Assembly (NCBI GenBank): GCA_964479875.1 | Contig: CAYZNM010000013.1 | Location: forward strand, 21,573-85,572 | Source: an uncultured Eubacteriales bacterium | Lineage (GTDB): Bacteria > Bacillota > Clostridia > Monoglobales > CAYZNM01 | Reading direction: 5' to 3' | Length of the DNA: 64,000 nt | Part shown: piece after piece, positions 47,005 to 55,572 of the stretch | Position numbering within the stretch: position 1 is the stretch's first letter | Layout: every line of letters starts with the position of its first letter | Notes under the pieces: generated by a model | The model's input: the letters and a program-made list of their open reading frames with translations, nothing else | Databases searched by the model: none | Told to the model about the DNA's origin: nothing | Translations under genes and position numbers: made by a program

Positions 47005-48091
47005 CGCGTGGGGCAAGCTGACAGGCGTACGCCCAACTAAGCTGTACATGGATTATGTAAACCGATACGGCGCAGCAGACGCATCAGAATTATTCATGCG
47101 CGACTACGCCGTATCGCAAGCAAAAACAAAACAGCTTGCCGAAATCGCGCAGCAGGAAAAGCAAATAATTGCCGAGGTAGGCGAAAATTCTGCCGCGGTT
47201 TATGTAAATATACCTTTCTGCCCATCGCGCTGCCTTTATTGTTCGTTTGTGACTTGCATTAAGCAAACGCCTAAGATTATGGACGATTATGTTGCCGCTG
47301 TGATGCGCGAAATTGAGCGGCGGCAGTTTCCTGCGGCGAAGATTGCGTCTGTGTACATCGGCGGCGGCACGCCTATTTCAATCGGCGCGGCGCGATTGAG
47401 TGCGATTATTTCAGCATTGAAGCAGCGGTATGAAATTGCGCCCGACGTTGAATTTACTGTAGAAGCAGGGCGACCCGATTGCATTGACGGCGAAATATTG
47501 GACATGCTGCAATCCCACGGCGTAACGCGAATCTGCATTAATCCGCAAACGCTTAATGATTCCACGCTGGAATTAATCGGGCGCAAGCATTCGGCGGAGG
47601 ATTTTTTCGCAGCATATGCTATGTCACGCGGCAGATTCCGCATAAACTGCGACATAATCGTAGGGCTTCCCAACGAGAGCATGGACGACTTTACTGCAAC
47701 TTTAGACGGAGTACTGTCGTGCGAACCGCAGGGGATTACCGTGCATACATTATGCGTAAAACGCGGCTCGCGCTTGAATGAATATATCGGCGACTACGAC
47801 CTATCGACCGGGAACACTCGCGAAATGACCGACTACGCCTATCGCAAGCTATCGACAAGCGGCTACCCTCCCTACTACCTCTATCGTCAAAAGAAAACGC
47901 TCGGCAACCTCGAAAACATCGGCTACAGCAAGCCCTCGCACCATTGTCTGTACAACATCATCAGCATTGCCGAAAGCCACAGCATTTACGCCTACGGCGC
48001 AGGCGCAGTGACAAAAATTGTCGCGGACAATATCACGCGCGAGTGGAACAACAAAGAACCGATGGCATACATCAGGGAGCAGCTCACTTGA
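46991..48091 (+). CDS. Radical SAM protein of the coproporphyrinogen-III oxidase-like (HemN/HemW/HemZ) family.
   Basis: 'VNIPFCPSRCLYCSF' CxxxCxxC motif and 'VYIGGGTP' SAM-binding block. About 70-aa N-terminal extension before the radical-SAM core. Confidence 0.65.
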   Translation: MCKANAWGKLTGVRPTKLYMDYVNRYGAADASELFMRDYAVSQAKTKQLAEIAQQEKQIIAEVGENSAAVYVNIPFCPSRCLYCSFVTCIKQTPKIMDDYVAAVMREIERRQFPAAKIASVYIGGGTPISIGAARLSAIISALKQRYEIAPDVEFTVEAGRPDCIDGEILDMLQSHGVTRICINPQTLNDSTLELIGRKHSAEDFFAAYAMSRGRFRINCDIIVGLPNESMDDFTATLDGVLSCEPQGITVHTLCVKRGSRLNEYIGDYDLSTGNTREMTDYAYRKLSTSGYPPYYLYRQKKTLGNLENIGYSKPSHHCLYNIISIAESHSIYAYGAGAVTKIVADNITREWNNKEPMAYIREQLT

Positions 48092-48482
48092 ACACGACAA
48101 AGCGGCTGAAAATATAGTTCAGCACCACCACGATAAAGTTGGACACAACCTTCACAAGAAGGTCGTTTATTCCGAAATTCGTGACAAATACATACAAAAT
48201 CACTGTGTCGATGATTAAGGTCGCAACGCGAATGGTGAAAAAACGCACAAGTTGTTTTGTGGCGTGAACCTTGCTCTCCGATTTGTTGCGGAACACGAAT
48301 TGCTTGTTTGTGACAAATGCGAAGAACACCGATATGATGAAGGCGGGAATGTTGCTGTCGACGACGTTCCAGCCTAAAAAGCGCGTGCAAAAGCTGTAGA
48401 CGCCGAAGTTTATCACGGTCGTGACGCCGCCGAACAGCATGTAGTAGATGTAGCTTTGATATTTATGGAATAATTGTTTCAT
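48084..48482 (-). CDS. GtrA-family membrane protein.
   Basis: 132 aa, 4 TM. 'FGGVTTVINFGVY...' GtrA-like N-terminus. Last gene of the minus-strand operon. Confidence 0.65.
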   Translation of the reverse strand: MKQLFHKYQSYIYYMLFGGVTTVINFGVYSFCTRFLGWNVVDSNIPAFIISVFFAFVTNKQFVFRNKSESKVHATKQLVRFFTIRVATLIIDTVILYVFVTNFGINDLLVKVVSNFIVVVLNYIFSRFVVFK

Positions 48483-48485
48483 ACT

Positions 48486-49145
48486 TTACCTACGTTCCAA
48501 GTTGTACTTTTTTAGGACGCGACGGATTATGCGCGCGAAGGGTGCGCCTGCGGTTAGCAGCAATGTGACATTTGTCGCGGCGTGCGCTATGTCCATCGGC
48601 AGTGACGCTGCCAATGCCGCGATATACGCAGGAAGCCCAAGCTCCTCGCCGGAGATTACATACCACTGCAAATTCATTATCGCACCGAAAACCATTGCCG
48701 ATACCGCTCCGTATATCGCGAGTACATACTTATTTTTGTTCGGGATAACTCCCGCACCCAGACCCATTAAGCCCCAGCCGATTATCTGGAACAGCGTCCA
48801 CATGCCCTGACCTAGTGTGATGTTGGAAGTCACTGCTGATATTATGCCCACGAGCATACCTGCTCCGCCGCCCATTGCCCAGCCGCTGATTATTACGATG
48901 AATGACGACGGAGTGATGTTCGGCAGTGCAGCGAAGGCTATGCGCGAAACTGCGGCGGTCGCAGATAATACGGCGAGCAGCACCATGTATTCGATCGCCG
49001 CGCCGCGCTCATACTTGTACACACACGCGGCTATCGCAAGCAAAGAGGCGCACATCGCTGAATACGCGTACTGCCGCGATATAGCCAACGCAATCACTCC
49101 TGCCGCGCAAGCAATCGCAATCAAAGCCAATGCAATCTTACGCAT
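48486..49145 (-). CDS. Putative ECF-transporter substrate-specific (S) component of unknown specificity.
   Basis: About 6-TM small hydrophobic protein immediately downstream of the fused ECF ATPase and T component. The ORF-track start (49268) adds a basic non-membrane extension; MRKIALALIA abuts the ATPase stop. Confidence 0.45.
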   Translation of the reverse strand: MRKIALALIAIACAAGVIALAISRQYAYSAMCASLLAIAACVYKYERGAAIEYMVLLAVLSATAAVSRIAFAALPNITPSSFIVIISGWAMGGGAGMLVGIISAVTSNITLGQGMWTLFQIIGWGLMGLGAGVIPNKNKYVLAIYGAVSAMVFGAIMNLQWYVISGEELGLPAYIAALAASLPMDIAHAATNVTLLLTAGAPFARIIRRVLKKYNLERR

Positions 49146-49146
49146 A

Positions 49147-50667
49147 CTACAATCCCTCGATGGTGCGCAGATTGCACGCTTGCGCGGCTTGCGCGAATGT
49201 GAGCGCGTTGCCGCCGATTGCTTTGTGCAGCTGCGTTGTGTAGAATATGTTGTCGGCGAAGAAATCAAGCGGTGGGGCTTCGTGCGCGATTTGTCCGTCG
49301 AAAACTAGGGCGCAGCGGTCGGCGGCTTGTGCCGCGAAATCCAGGTCGTGGGTTGTGATTATTGTTGTGATTTGCAGTTCGTGAAGCAGTCGCAGCAGCG
49401 TTTGCTTTGTGTTGTCGTCCATGCCTTTGGTTGGCTCGTCGAGAAGCAGCAGCTGCGGCTTTTCAAGCAATGCGGCGGCAATCGCGACACGCTGACGCTC
49501 GCCGCCGCTTAGGTCGTATGGGTGCGCATTTAGCAAATGCGACAGGTTGAATTGCTCGATGATTTTATGCTTTTGCTCACATTCTATCAGCTCATCTCCC
49601 ACTTTTTCGTGGCGAAAGTATGCGTTGATATTTTGTGGAATGTATGCCGCTTTAAGCTTGGGTGATTTACCCGAGGTAGGCTTGATGATTCCTGCGATAA
49701 TCTTCAGCAGCGTAGTTTTGCCGCTACCGTTGCCACCGATTATGCACAAGCATTCGCCGCTGTAAATCGTGAGGTTCAGGCGATTTAGTACAGGTGCGCT
49801 GTCTTTGTTGTAGATTTGTATTATGTCAACTAGCTTAAATAGTACATCGCGCTTTTGTGGAATTTCAGCTATAACCTTCGCGGCAGGCAGACTTTCCGCA
49901 AGCGCACGGCTCTCCTTCACAGAAAGCGGCGGATTATCACCGTCGGTCGCGGCAAAATATAGCTTTTGCAGCGGTGGAATATGCGCGTATGCTTGCTTAT
50001 CCCTTTTCTGCCAAATATCGCGCAGCACAGCCTTAGGGCTGCCACTGTAGCGCATTGTCGTATTCAGCACGAACATTTTGTCCGCATAGGGCAGTATGTT
50101 CTCAATATTATGCTCCGCAATCAGCACAGTTATGCCGCACTCGCGGTTGAGCCGCAGCACTAGGTCGAGCAAATCCCGCGCGTTAATCGGGTCTAGCATA
50201 GACAGCGGTTCGTCAAGCAGAAGCAGCTTCGGCTGCGTCATCAAAGCCGACGCAAGCGTCACAAGCTGCTTCTGTCCTCCCGATAAAGTTTCGCAGTCTG
50301 CGTCGAGCAATCGTTCGATTCCAAGAAAGCTCGCGGTTTCCGCAAGCCGCTTCCGCATTATAGCATTGGGCAAGCCGTGATTTTCCATAGGGAAAACAAG
50401 TTCCTGCCGCACAGTGCTTCGCACAATCTGCGTGTTAGGGTTCTGTGATACAATTGCAATCTCACTGTCGTCGCAGCCGATGTATATCTCTCCCGATACA
50501 GTGCCGTTAGGGCGCAGCGCTTTCTTTAGCAAATGCAGCAGCGTAGACTTTCCGCTGCCCGAAATTCCGCACAACGCGCCAATCTCGTGCCGCGCAAGCG
50601 ATAGTGTGACGTTGGATAGTATCGGCGTATTCTCATATGAAAAATGTAGGCTGTTAATCTTTAACAT
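49147..50667 (-). CDS. Fused tandem ECF-type ABC ATPase (EcfA1-EcfA2 duplication in one polypeptide).
   Basis: Two complete nucleotide-binding domains: Walker A 'GISGSGKST' and 'GGNGSGKTT', signatures 'LSGGQKQLV' and 'LSGGERQRV', Walker B 'LLLDEPLSMLD' and 'LLLDEPTKGMD'. Confidence 0.8.
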   Translation of the reverse strand: MLKINSLHFSYENTPILSNVTLSLARHEIGALCGISGSGKSTLLHLLKKALRPNGTVSGEIYIGCDDSEIAIVSQNPNTQIVRSTVRQELVFPMENHGLPNAIMRKRLAETASFLGIERLLDADCETLSGGQKQLVTLASALMTQPKLLLLDEPLSMLDPINARDLLDLVLRLNRECGITVLIAEHNIENILPYADKMFVLNTTMRYSGSPKAVLRDIWQKRDKQAYAHIPPLQKLYFAATDGDNPPLSVKESRALAESLPAAKVIAEIPQKRDVLFKLVDIIQIYNKDSAPVLNRLNLTIYSGECLCIIGGNGSGKTTLLKIIAGIIKPTSGKSPKLKAAYIPQNINAYFRHEKVGDELIECEQKHKIIEQFNLSHLLNAHPYDLSGGERQRVAIAAALLEKPQLLLLDEPTKGMDDNTKQTLLRLLHELQITTIITTHDLDFAAQAADRCALVFDGQIAHEAPPLDFFADNIFYTTQLHKAIGGNALTFAQAAQACNLRTIEGL

Positions 50668-51475
50668 TAATTTGCACGTCCATTATAATAGGAAGCAATG
50701 TGTAAAACGCAATCAAAGGCAGCGCGGCAGCTTGTGCAACAAATATCGCAGTCACCACAACTGAGCACAGCGTTAAAAACGCAGCGTCGCTTGCCTTAAA
50801 CTCCTGCCGTGCATACGCGGTGCGCGACACGGTGTCGTACCCCTTCACCTTGATGCTTTGCGCAAGCTGCATACCTTCCTCGAGCGACCAAGTAAGCAGT
50901 GTCTTGATTGTATCGGATGCTTGCGCGAGGGGATTCGCGGACTTTGCGCGCAAACCCTGCACCTCCGCTATCTCCTTGATGCGCTTGCCGTACAAAAACA
51001 TCAGCCGCACCGACATATCAACGGTCAGCGCAAGCTTGGGCATAACCTTCGCAAACAGCAGCATAACCCTGTCGCCTGTTACTACAGCGTTGTAAAACTG
51101 AAACAGCGTGTAGCTGTTGAATATCAGCAGCGCAAAAACCACGCCTAGGATAATCGCTTCGACCGTGATGGGGTTGTCCATGAAGTAGAACAATATCCCC
51201 CTGCCGCGATGGTTGAACAGCGGCGTAAGTATCGCATACGCAATCATCGCCGCGGCGACAAATTTGTACGAACTCATGCGCAATCTCGCATAAGCCGCCG
51301 CGCAAATCAGCAACATCACTGCCAACAGCAAGCTTTCAACAAGCTCGCGCCGCGTAAACACAATTGCAAACAGTGCGGTAAAATAAACAAAAAGCGACAG
51401 CGGATGTACATTATAAAAGCGCGACAATGCAAGCCGCGCTAATCTATCTTTGTAGGCTTTTCCAAAAATCGCCAT
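50654..51475 (-). CDS. ECF-transporter T component (CbiQ family).
   Basis: Polytopic membrane protein with the CbiQ-like C-terminal region, overlapping the ATPase gene start. Confidence 0.65.
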   Translation of the reverse strand: MAIFGKAYKDRLARLALSRFYNVHPLSLFVYFTALFAIVFTRRELVESLLLAVMLLICAAAYARLRMSSYKFVAAAMIAYAILTPLFNHRGRGILFYFMDNPITVEAIILGVVFALLIFNSYTLFQFYNAVVTGDRVMLLFAKVMPKLALTVDMSVRLMFLYGKRIKEIAEVQGLRAKSANPLAQASDTIKTLLTWSLEEGMQLAQSIKVKGYDTVSRTAYARQEFKASDAAFLTLCSVVVTAIFVAQAAALPLIAFYTLLPIIMDVQINVKD

Positions 51476-52170
51476 TCTACAATATCACCTGCTGCTAGGT
51501 CGCACTTTCCTGCGCTCACCTTGGGTATTTCGCCGTTGACGTAGTATTGCCAGCCGCTTTCCGCGCCGTTGTCGCCTTCATAAAGGTTGTCGATTCCCTT
51601 TATGTATACGTTGCTGCCTACGCCGCCGAATTCCATTTGAATTTTGTTGGCGCGAGTTATGTCTTTGAGGAGGGAGAATACGGTCATTTCGTCGGAGTAT
51701 TCGGCTTGGGTCTGGGCCAGGATTGTGCTATCAAAGCCTTCGATTGTGATTGAAACAGTTGCGGCAGCCGGAGTTTGCTCCGGTTCTGCTGTAGTTTCTT
51801 GTGTTTGCTCCGGCTCTTTGGTTTTATCATCAGATTTAGCCACTGTCGTCACGGTAGAGTTTAATGTGGTGGACAGTGTTGTGGTTACAGTCGAATCAAG
51901 TGTTGTTGCGATTTGCTTGGTCGGTTCAGGCGAAGGCTCGGGGGTTGCTTCCTCAGTTGCTTCAGGCTCTTCCGTAGGCTCTTCGGATTGTTCCGGCTCT
52001 ATTTTCTTTATGGTGGCAGGAGAGGGCGGCTCGGTCGGTTCAGGCTCGGGCTGCTCCGCATATGTTTCGACCGCAGCAGGAGGAACGTCCTCCTGCGCAG
52101 TCGGAGTTATCGTAATCGTGCAGGCCGACAGCAGCAATACCGCAGCCAGTATCATCATTATAAGCTTCAT
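51439..52170 (-). CDS. Secreted lipoprotein with a C-terminal DUF4430 (transcobalamin beta-domain-like) domain.
   Basis: Lipobox 'LLSACT'. Pro/Glu/Thr-rich linker. The C-terminal ~90 aa 'VSITIEGFDSTILAQT...GAESGWQYYVNGEIPKVSAGKCDLAAGDIVEWRF' resembles the DUF4430 pattern (GWMY.VNG ... L.DGD.IEWRY). Confidence 0.6.
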   Translation of the reverse strand: MKLIMMILAAVLLLSACTITITPTAQEDVPPAAVETYAEQPEPEPTEPPSPATIKKIEPEQSEEPTEEPEATEEATPEPSPEPTKQIATTLDSTVTTTLSTTLNSTVTTVAKSDDKTKEPEQTQETTAEPEQTPAAATVSITIEGFDSTILAQTQAEYSDEMTVFSLLKDITRANKIQMEFGGVGSNVYIKGIDNLYEGDNGAESGWQYYVNGEIPKVSAGKCDLAAGDIVEWRFLEKPTKID

Positions 52171-53561
52171 CTATTCGCAGCGTCCCTCATTTCTTGTTCA
52201 GCGAAAAATTCGATTATCGCCGTAATTACTATGTCGCGGCGCATGTAGTCGTTTACATCGAAGTTGTGGCGTTTCTTGAACGATTCCATGAATGCGCTGC
52301 CGAAGTTTGCTTCCAGGTTTTCCATATAAATGTTCGCACTTAGCGAAATGTTGTCAAGGTTAAGCTCCATTATGCTTTTAGTGACTTGCTTTTTGTATTC
52401 GTTTTCGCCGCCCTCGGATAGGGTGATGTGGTAAAAGTTGAGGTGCTTGCATAGGTCGTAGTAGCCTGTGCCCTCGAATATGTCCATGTAGCGGAGCAGC
52501 ATTAGCACGTAGTCGGTCATGCGCACGTATTCGTTCGGGTATAGCTTGCCCTCGCTGCCTAAGGCTACGCCTTTTTGCCTTGCTGTTTTGATTGCGTTCA
52601 ATGTTGTGGGTAACGCTTTGCCGATGTCGAAATACTGCGGATAGTAGCGTTCGCCGCTTAGGTATGCGTAGTAGTCACATAATGCCATGAGTGCTTGCTC
52701 GTTGGAATAATCGTCCGCCGCGGAATTGTCCATGTAGCCGAAGCCGCCGCCCTCTGCCTTAAATGTCAGCAGATTGTCAAGCAAGCTCGCGTCTTTAACG
52801 AATCTCTCGTCGCTCGCGGAATCAACTCCAAGCGCAGACAGTGCGGAAATCACGGTCGCGGCAGTGTTGGAGTTTTCGCTGCCCCACGACATAAATCCGC
52901 CGCCAGAAGTTTGCGTCTGCGACAATAGCTCCACACACTTGTCCGCGATCGCGGAGGCTTTCGCGTACAGCGGATGGCTTTCGATTGCGCAGTACGGTGC
53001 AAGCGCGATTAGCACAAGCGATGTCGCGTCAGGGTCGAAATCCTCGCCTGTGAAGGAGAATCCGCCGCCTTCAAGCTGCCCTTCGGCGATTGCGTCGATG
53101 TACTTCTCTGCGCTGTTGCTTGCGTCATAGGGGAACGCGTAGTTCACCTCGGTCAACGCGCGCAGTGCGTAAGCGTAGGAAATAGGCGACAGCATTAAGC
53201 TTGAATCTGCGTTGGCGATTACGCTGTATAGGTTAATCTTGCCGCTCTCGGTCTTGATGTTTGCGCAGTCCACGCCAAGGCTGCTAAGGCACATTGCAAG
53301 CTTTGCATAATCCGTAACAGAGGTGCGTTTTCCTGTTTGCGCAGCTTTGTCCAAATAGTAGTCGATGTGCTTCTGCTTGTCGAATTCAACCCCTGCCTTC
53401 ACAAGTGAAATCACAGCCCACTCCGACAATATCTCGGAATCCTGCATAGTCGCGTAAAGCTGTTCAATCTCCTGTGAAATATCCTCGCGCGGCGATTCGG
53501 CATACACTGTAAAGCTGCACGCAAGCACAACCAACGCAATCAAGCATGTCTTTATTTTCAT
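52167..53561 (-). CDS. Secreted alpha/alpha-toroid protein (prenyltransferase/squalene-oxidase repeat-like).
   Basis: Signal peptide (MKIKTCLIALVVLACSFTVYA). Repeated helical hairpins with 'GGGF' motifs (EGGGFSFTG, SGGGFMSWG, EGGGFGYMD) typical of terpenoid-cyclase-like alpha6/alpha6 toroids. ORF-track start at 53624. Confidence 0.5.
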   Translation of the reverse strand: MKIKTCLIALVVLACSFTVYAESPREDISQEIEQLYATMQDSEILSEWAVISLVKAGVEFDKQKHIDYYLDKAAQTGKRTSVTDYAKLAMCLSSLGVDCANIKTESGKINLYSVIANADSSLMLSPISYAYALRALTEVNYAFPYDASNSAEKYIDAIAEGQLEGGGFSFTGEDFDPDATSLVLIALAPYCAIESHPLYAKASAIADKCVELLSQTQTSGGGFMSWGSENSNTAATVISALSALGVDSASDERFVKDASLLDNLLTFKAEGGGFGYMDNSAADDYSNEQALMALCDYYAYLSGERYYPQYFDIGKALPTTLNAIKTARQKGVALGSEGKLYPNEYVRMTDYVLMLLRYMDIFEGTGYYDLCKHLNFYHITLSEGGENEYKKQVTKSIMELNLDNISLSANIYMENLEANFGSAFMESFKKRHNFDVNDYMRRDIVITAIIEFFAEQEMRDAANR

Positions 53562-53592
53562 TATTTTTCCTTCCATCAATAAGGCTTTGAGG

Positions 53593-54852
53593 TTATTTTT
53601 TCCTCTTGCGCCTTTTATATGCACTGCGCAGAATCGCGCGAATGATAAAGTATAAAGCTATCAAAATCACACAGACGCCGCCTGTGAGCAGCAAGCCTGT
53701 CGATACCCATTTTTCGCCCAGCATGTCGATTAGCTTTGCTTGATACAGCGATATGTAATCGAGCTGCACATTGTCTGCGGCGGCAAGCGGCACTGCCGCA
53801 ATAAGCTTGCCGTTGACGTAGTAGCGCGCTTCGGCGTAAATCTCGCCCTTTGTAACAGGGGCGGTCAGCGGCTCGACTTCGATTTCCGTTTCTACCTTGT
53901 CGCCGCTGCCTAACAGGCAGTTGACGTTATCGGTCGACAGCAGCAGCACATGCCCCTTATTCTTACCATGGGTAACAGGTACTTCGCGTACAATTTCGTC
54001 CAGTCGCATAAGCGACACGTTGCCGTAATCAGTTTCCACGTAGTCGTAGAGCTGCTGCGCCATTGCGTAGCTTTGCTTGATTCCGTCAACTATGTCCGCA
54101 TTCGCGATAATCGCCGTGACAAATGCGCCGTCCTTCTTCCAGAACACGGCCATGGTTTCGCCGTTTACAGGGCAAAAGCCGCCGATGAATCGCTCGTCGA
54201 TAAGCCTGTCGTCGTGGAAAACTTCGATAAAGTGGTTGTTGGAGTAGATGTATCGCGCAGGACCTATGTTTGTCGCGGGATATGACACTCTCCCGGTCGA
54301 CAATATCGATTGCAGATGAGGATTGCGCATTGCCTCATTAAATAATATGTTCAGGTCAGCTAGGGTTGTGTATCCCTGTGACGCAGGTATTCCTGCCGGA
54401 TTGGTGAAGTTGGAGTTGCTCATGCCAAGCTCCGCCGCTTTTTTATTCATAAGACGCGCGAATTGCTCGAGGCTGCCGCTTATCTCGTACGCAAGCGCGT
54501 ACGCCGCGTCGACAGCGTTGCCGACCAGCATTCCGTTAAGGCACATCTCGGCCGTGACAACCTCGCCCACCTTCAAGCGCATGTTGCGGTAGCTGTTGAA
54601 ATACGCGACACGCATGTCCTCGGTAAAGACAATGTTTCGGCTCATGCCTATATTTTCGACGGCGACAAGCGCAGTCATCAGCATTGCGTAATCCTGCCCC
54701 ACGATACGCATGTCCGCGTTTTGCGAAAATATAACCGAGCCGCCGTCCGCCGAAAGCAACACTGCCGCATTAGGGGTAAAAGTCGGCGCGGCAAAACAAA
54801 CCTGCACCGTAAGCACAATCGCAAGCAGCAACAGCACTAGCTTAAATCTCAT
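53593..54852 (-). CDS. PBP5/DacA-like D,D-carboxypeptidase homologue lacking the catalytic SxxK Ser and Lys (predicted pseudo-enzyme), C-terminally membrane-anchored.
   Basis: Signal peptide. 'SQNADMRIVGQDYAMLMT' aligns to DacA 'EQNADVRRDPASLTKMMT' with Ser to Asp and Lys to Met. C-terminal TM plus RKRKK stop-transfer. Confidence 0.55.
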   Translation of the reverse strand: MRFKLVLLLLAIVLTVQVCFAAPTFTPNAAVLLSADGGSVIFSQNADMRIVGQDYAMLMTALVAVENIGMSRNIVFTEDMRVAYFNSYRNMRLKVGEVVTAEMCLNGMLVGNAVDAAYALAYEISGSLEQFARLMNKKAAELGMSNSNFTNPAGIPASQGYTTLADLNILFNEAMRNPHLQSILSTGRVSYPATNIGPARYIYSNNHFIEVFHDDRLIDERFIGGFCPVNGETMAVFWKKDGAFVTAIIANADIVDGIKQSYAMAQQLYDYVETDYGNVSLMRLDEIVREVPVTHGKNKGHVLLLSTDNVNCLLGSGDKVETEIEVEPLTAPVTKGEIYAEARYYVNGKLIAAVPLAAADNVQLDYISLYQAKLIDMLGEKWVSTGLLLTGGVCVILIALYFIIRAILRSAYKRRKRKK

Positions 54853-55475
54853 ACAAAACTTTCTGTTATAACATTAATAGCGTCGTCCTTGACAATAAGC
54901 TGGCCGCGCTCGCTTAGCTGCCCAAGCTTAATAAGACTGTTATCCTGCTTCATCGCAAATTCATGCAGCAGATTGTCTATGTCCTCGCCATTGAGCGGAC
55001 TTTTAAGTTCCAGCGACAAATAGTAAGTATTTTCCAGCATATACAACGCGCTCAACCCAATGAATCGGTTCTTGATAACATTGCACGCGTCAATCAAATC
55101 GTCAAGCTGCGTAAACTCGTACACGATGGGGTTGTGGAACACGCGCGTGGTTTTAAGCCGCGCGCGAATCTCATTCTTGCGAATGCGCGACTTCACAATG
55201 CGCTCAAACCGCGCCTCATCCTCATCAAGCTTGGTGATTATCATAACAAAGCCCTCGCTGCGTGCAGGCATAGCCTCCACGATAAGCTGTGAGCCGTCGA
55301 TAAAAAAGTTCGCCTCCGTTTCAGCCTTGCGAATCATGCTCCAAAACAGCTCCTGCGTTTCGGGCGAATTATATGAAATTGCGTTCAAATCTATATCCCA
55401 CTCACGCAGGTCGTCCATTGTAAGAGTAACTTTAATTTTGTTTGGGGAAATGCGCTCTATCTTAATAATAATCAC
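54849..55475 (-). CDS. mecA: MecA-family adaptor protein (ClpC adaptor).
   Basis: 'IERISPNKIKVTLTMDDLRE...ELFWSMIRKAETE...FIDGSQLIVEAMP...NTYYLSLEL...ERGQLIVKD' is collinear with the B. subtilis MecA pattern (IERINEHTVKF...ELFWEVMDE...YYLYVDF...EYGKLIISE). Confidence 0.75.
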   Translation of the reverse strand: MIIIKIERISPNKIKVTLTMDDLREWDIDLNAISYNSPETQELFWSMIRKAETEANFFIDGSQLIVEAMPARSEGFVMIITKLDEDEARFERIVKSRIRKNEIRARLKTTRVFHNPIVYEFTQLDDLIDACNVIKNRFIGLSALYMLENTYYLSLELKSPLNGEDIDNLLHEFAMKQDNSLIKLGQLSERGQLIVKDDAINVITESFV

Positions 55476-55572
55476 CTCTTTGGCAAATCAGTTACATATA
55501 TTATAACTTTTATTAGCCGCATTGTCAAGGCTATATGCGACTTCGGCACTAATTCCCAACAACGACGCTGTT

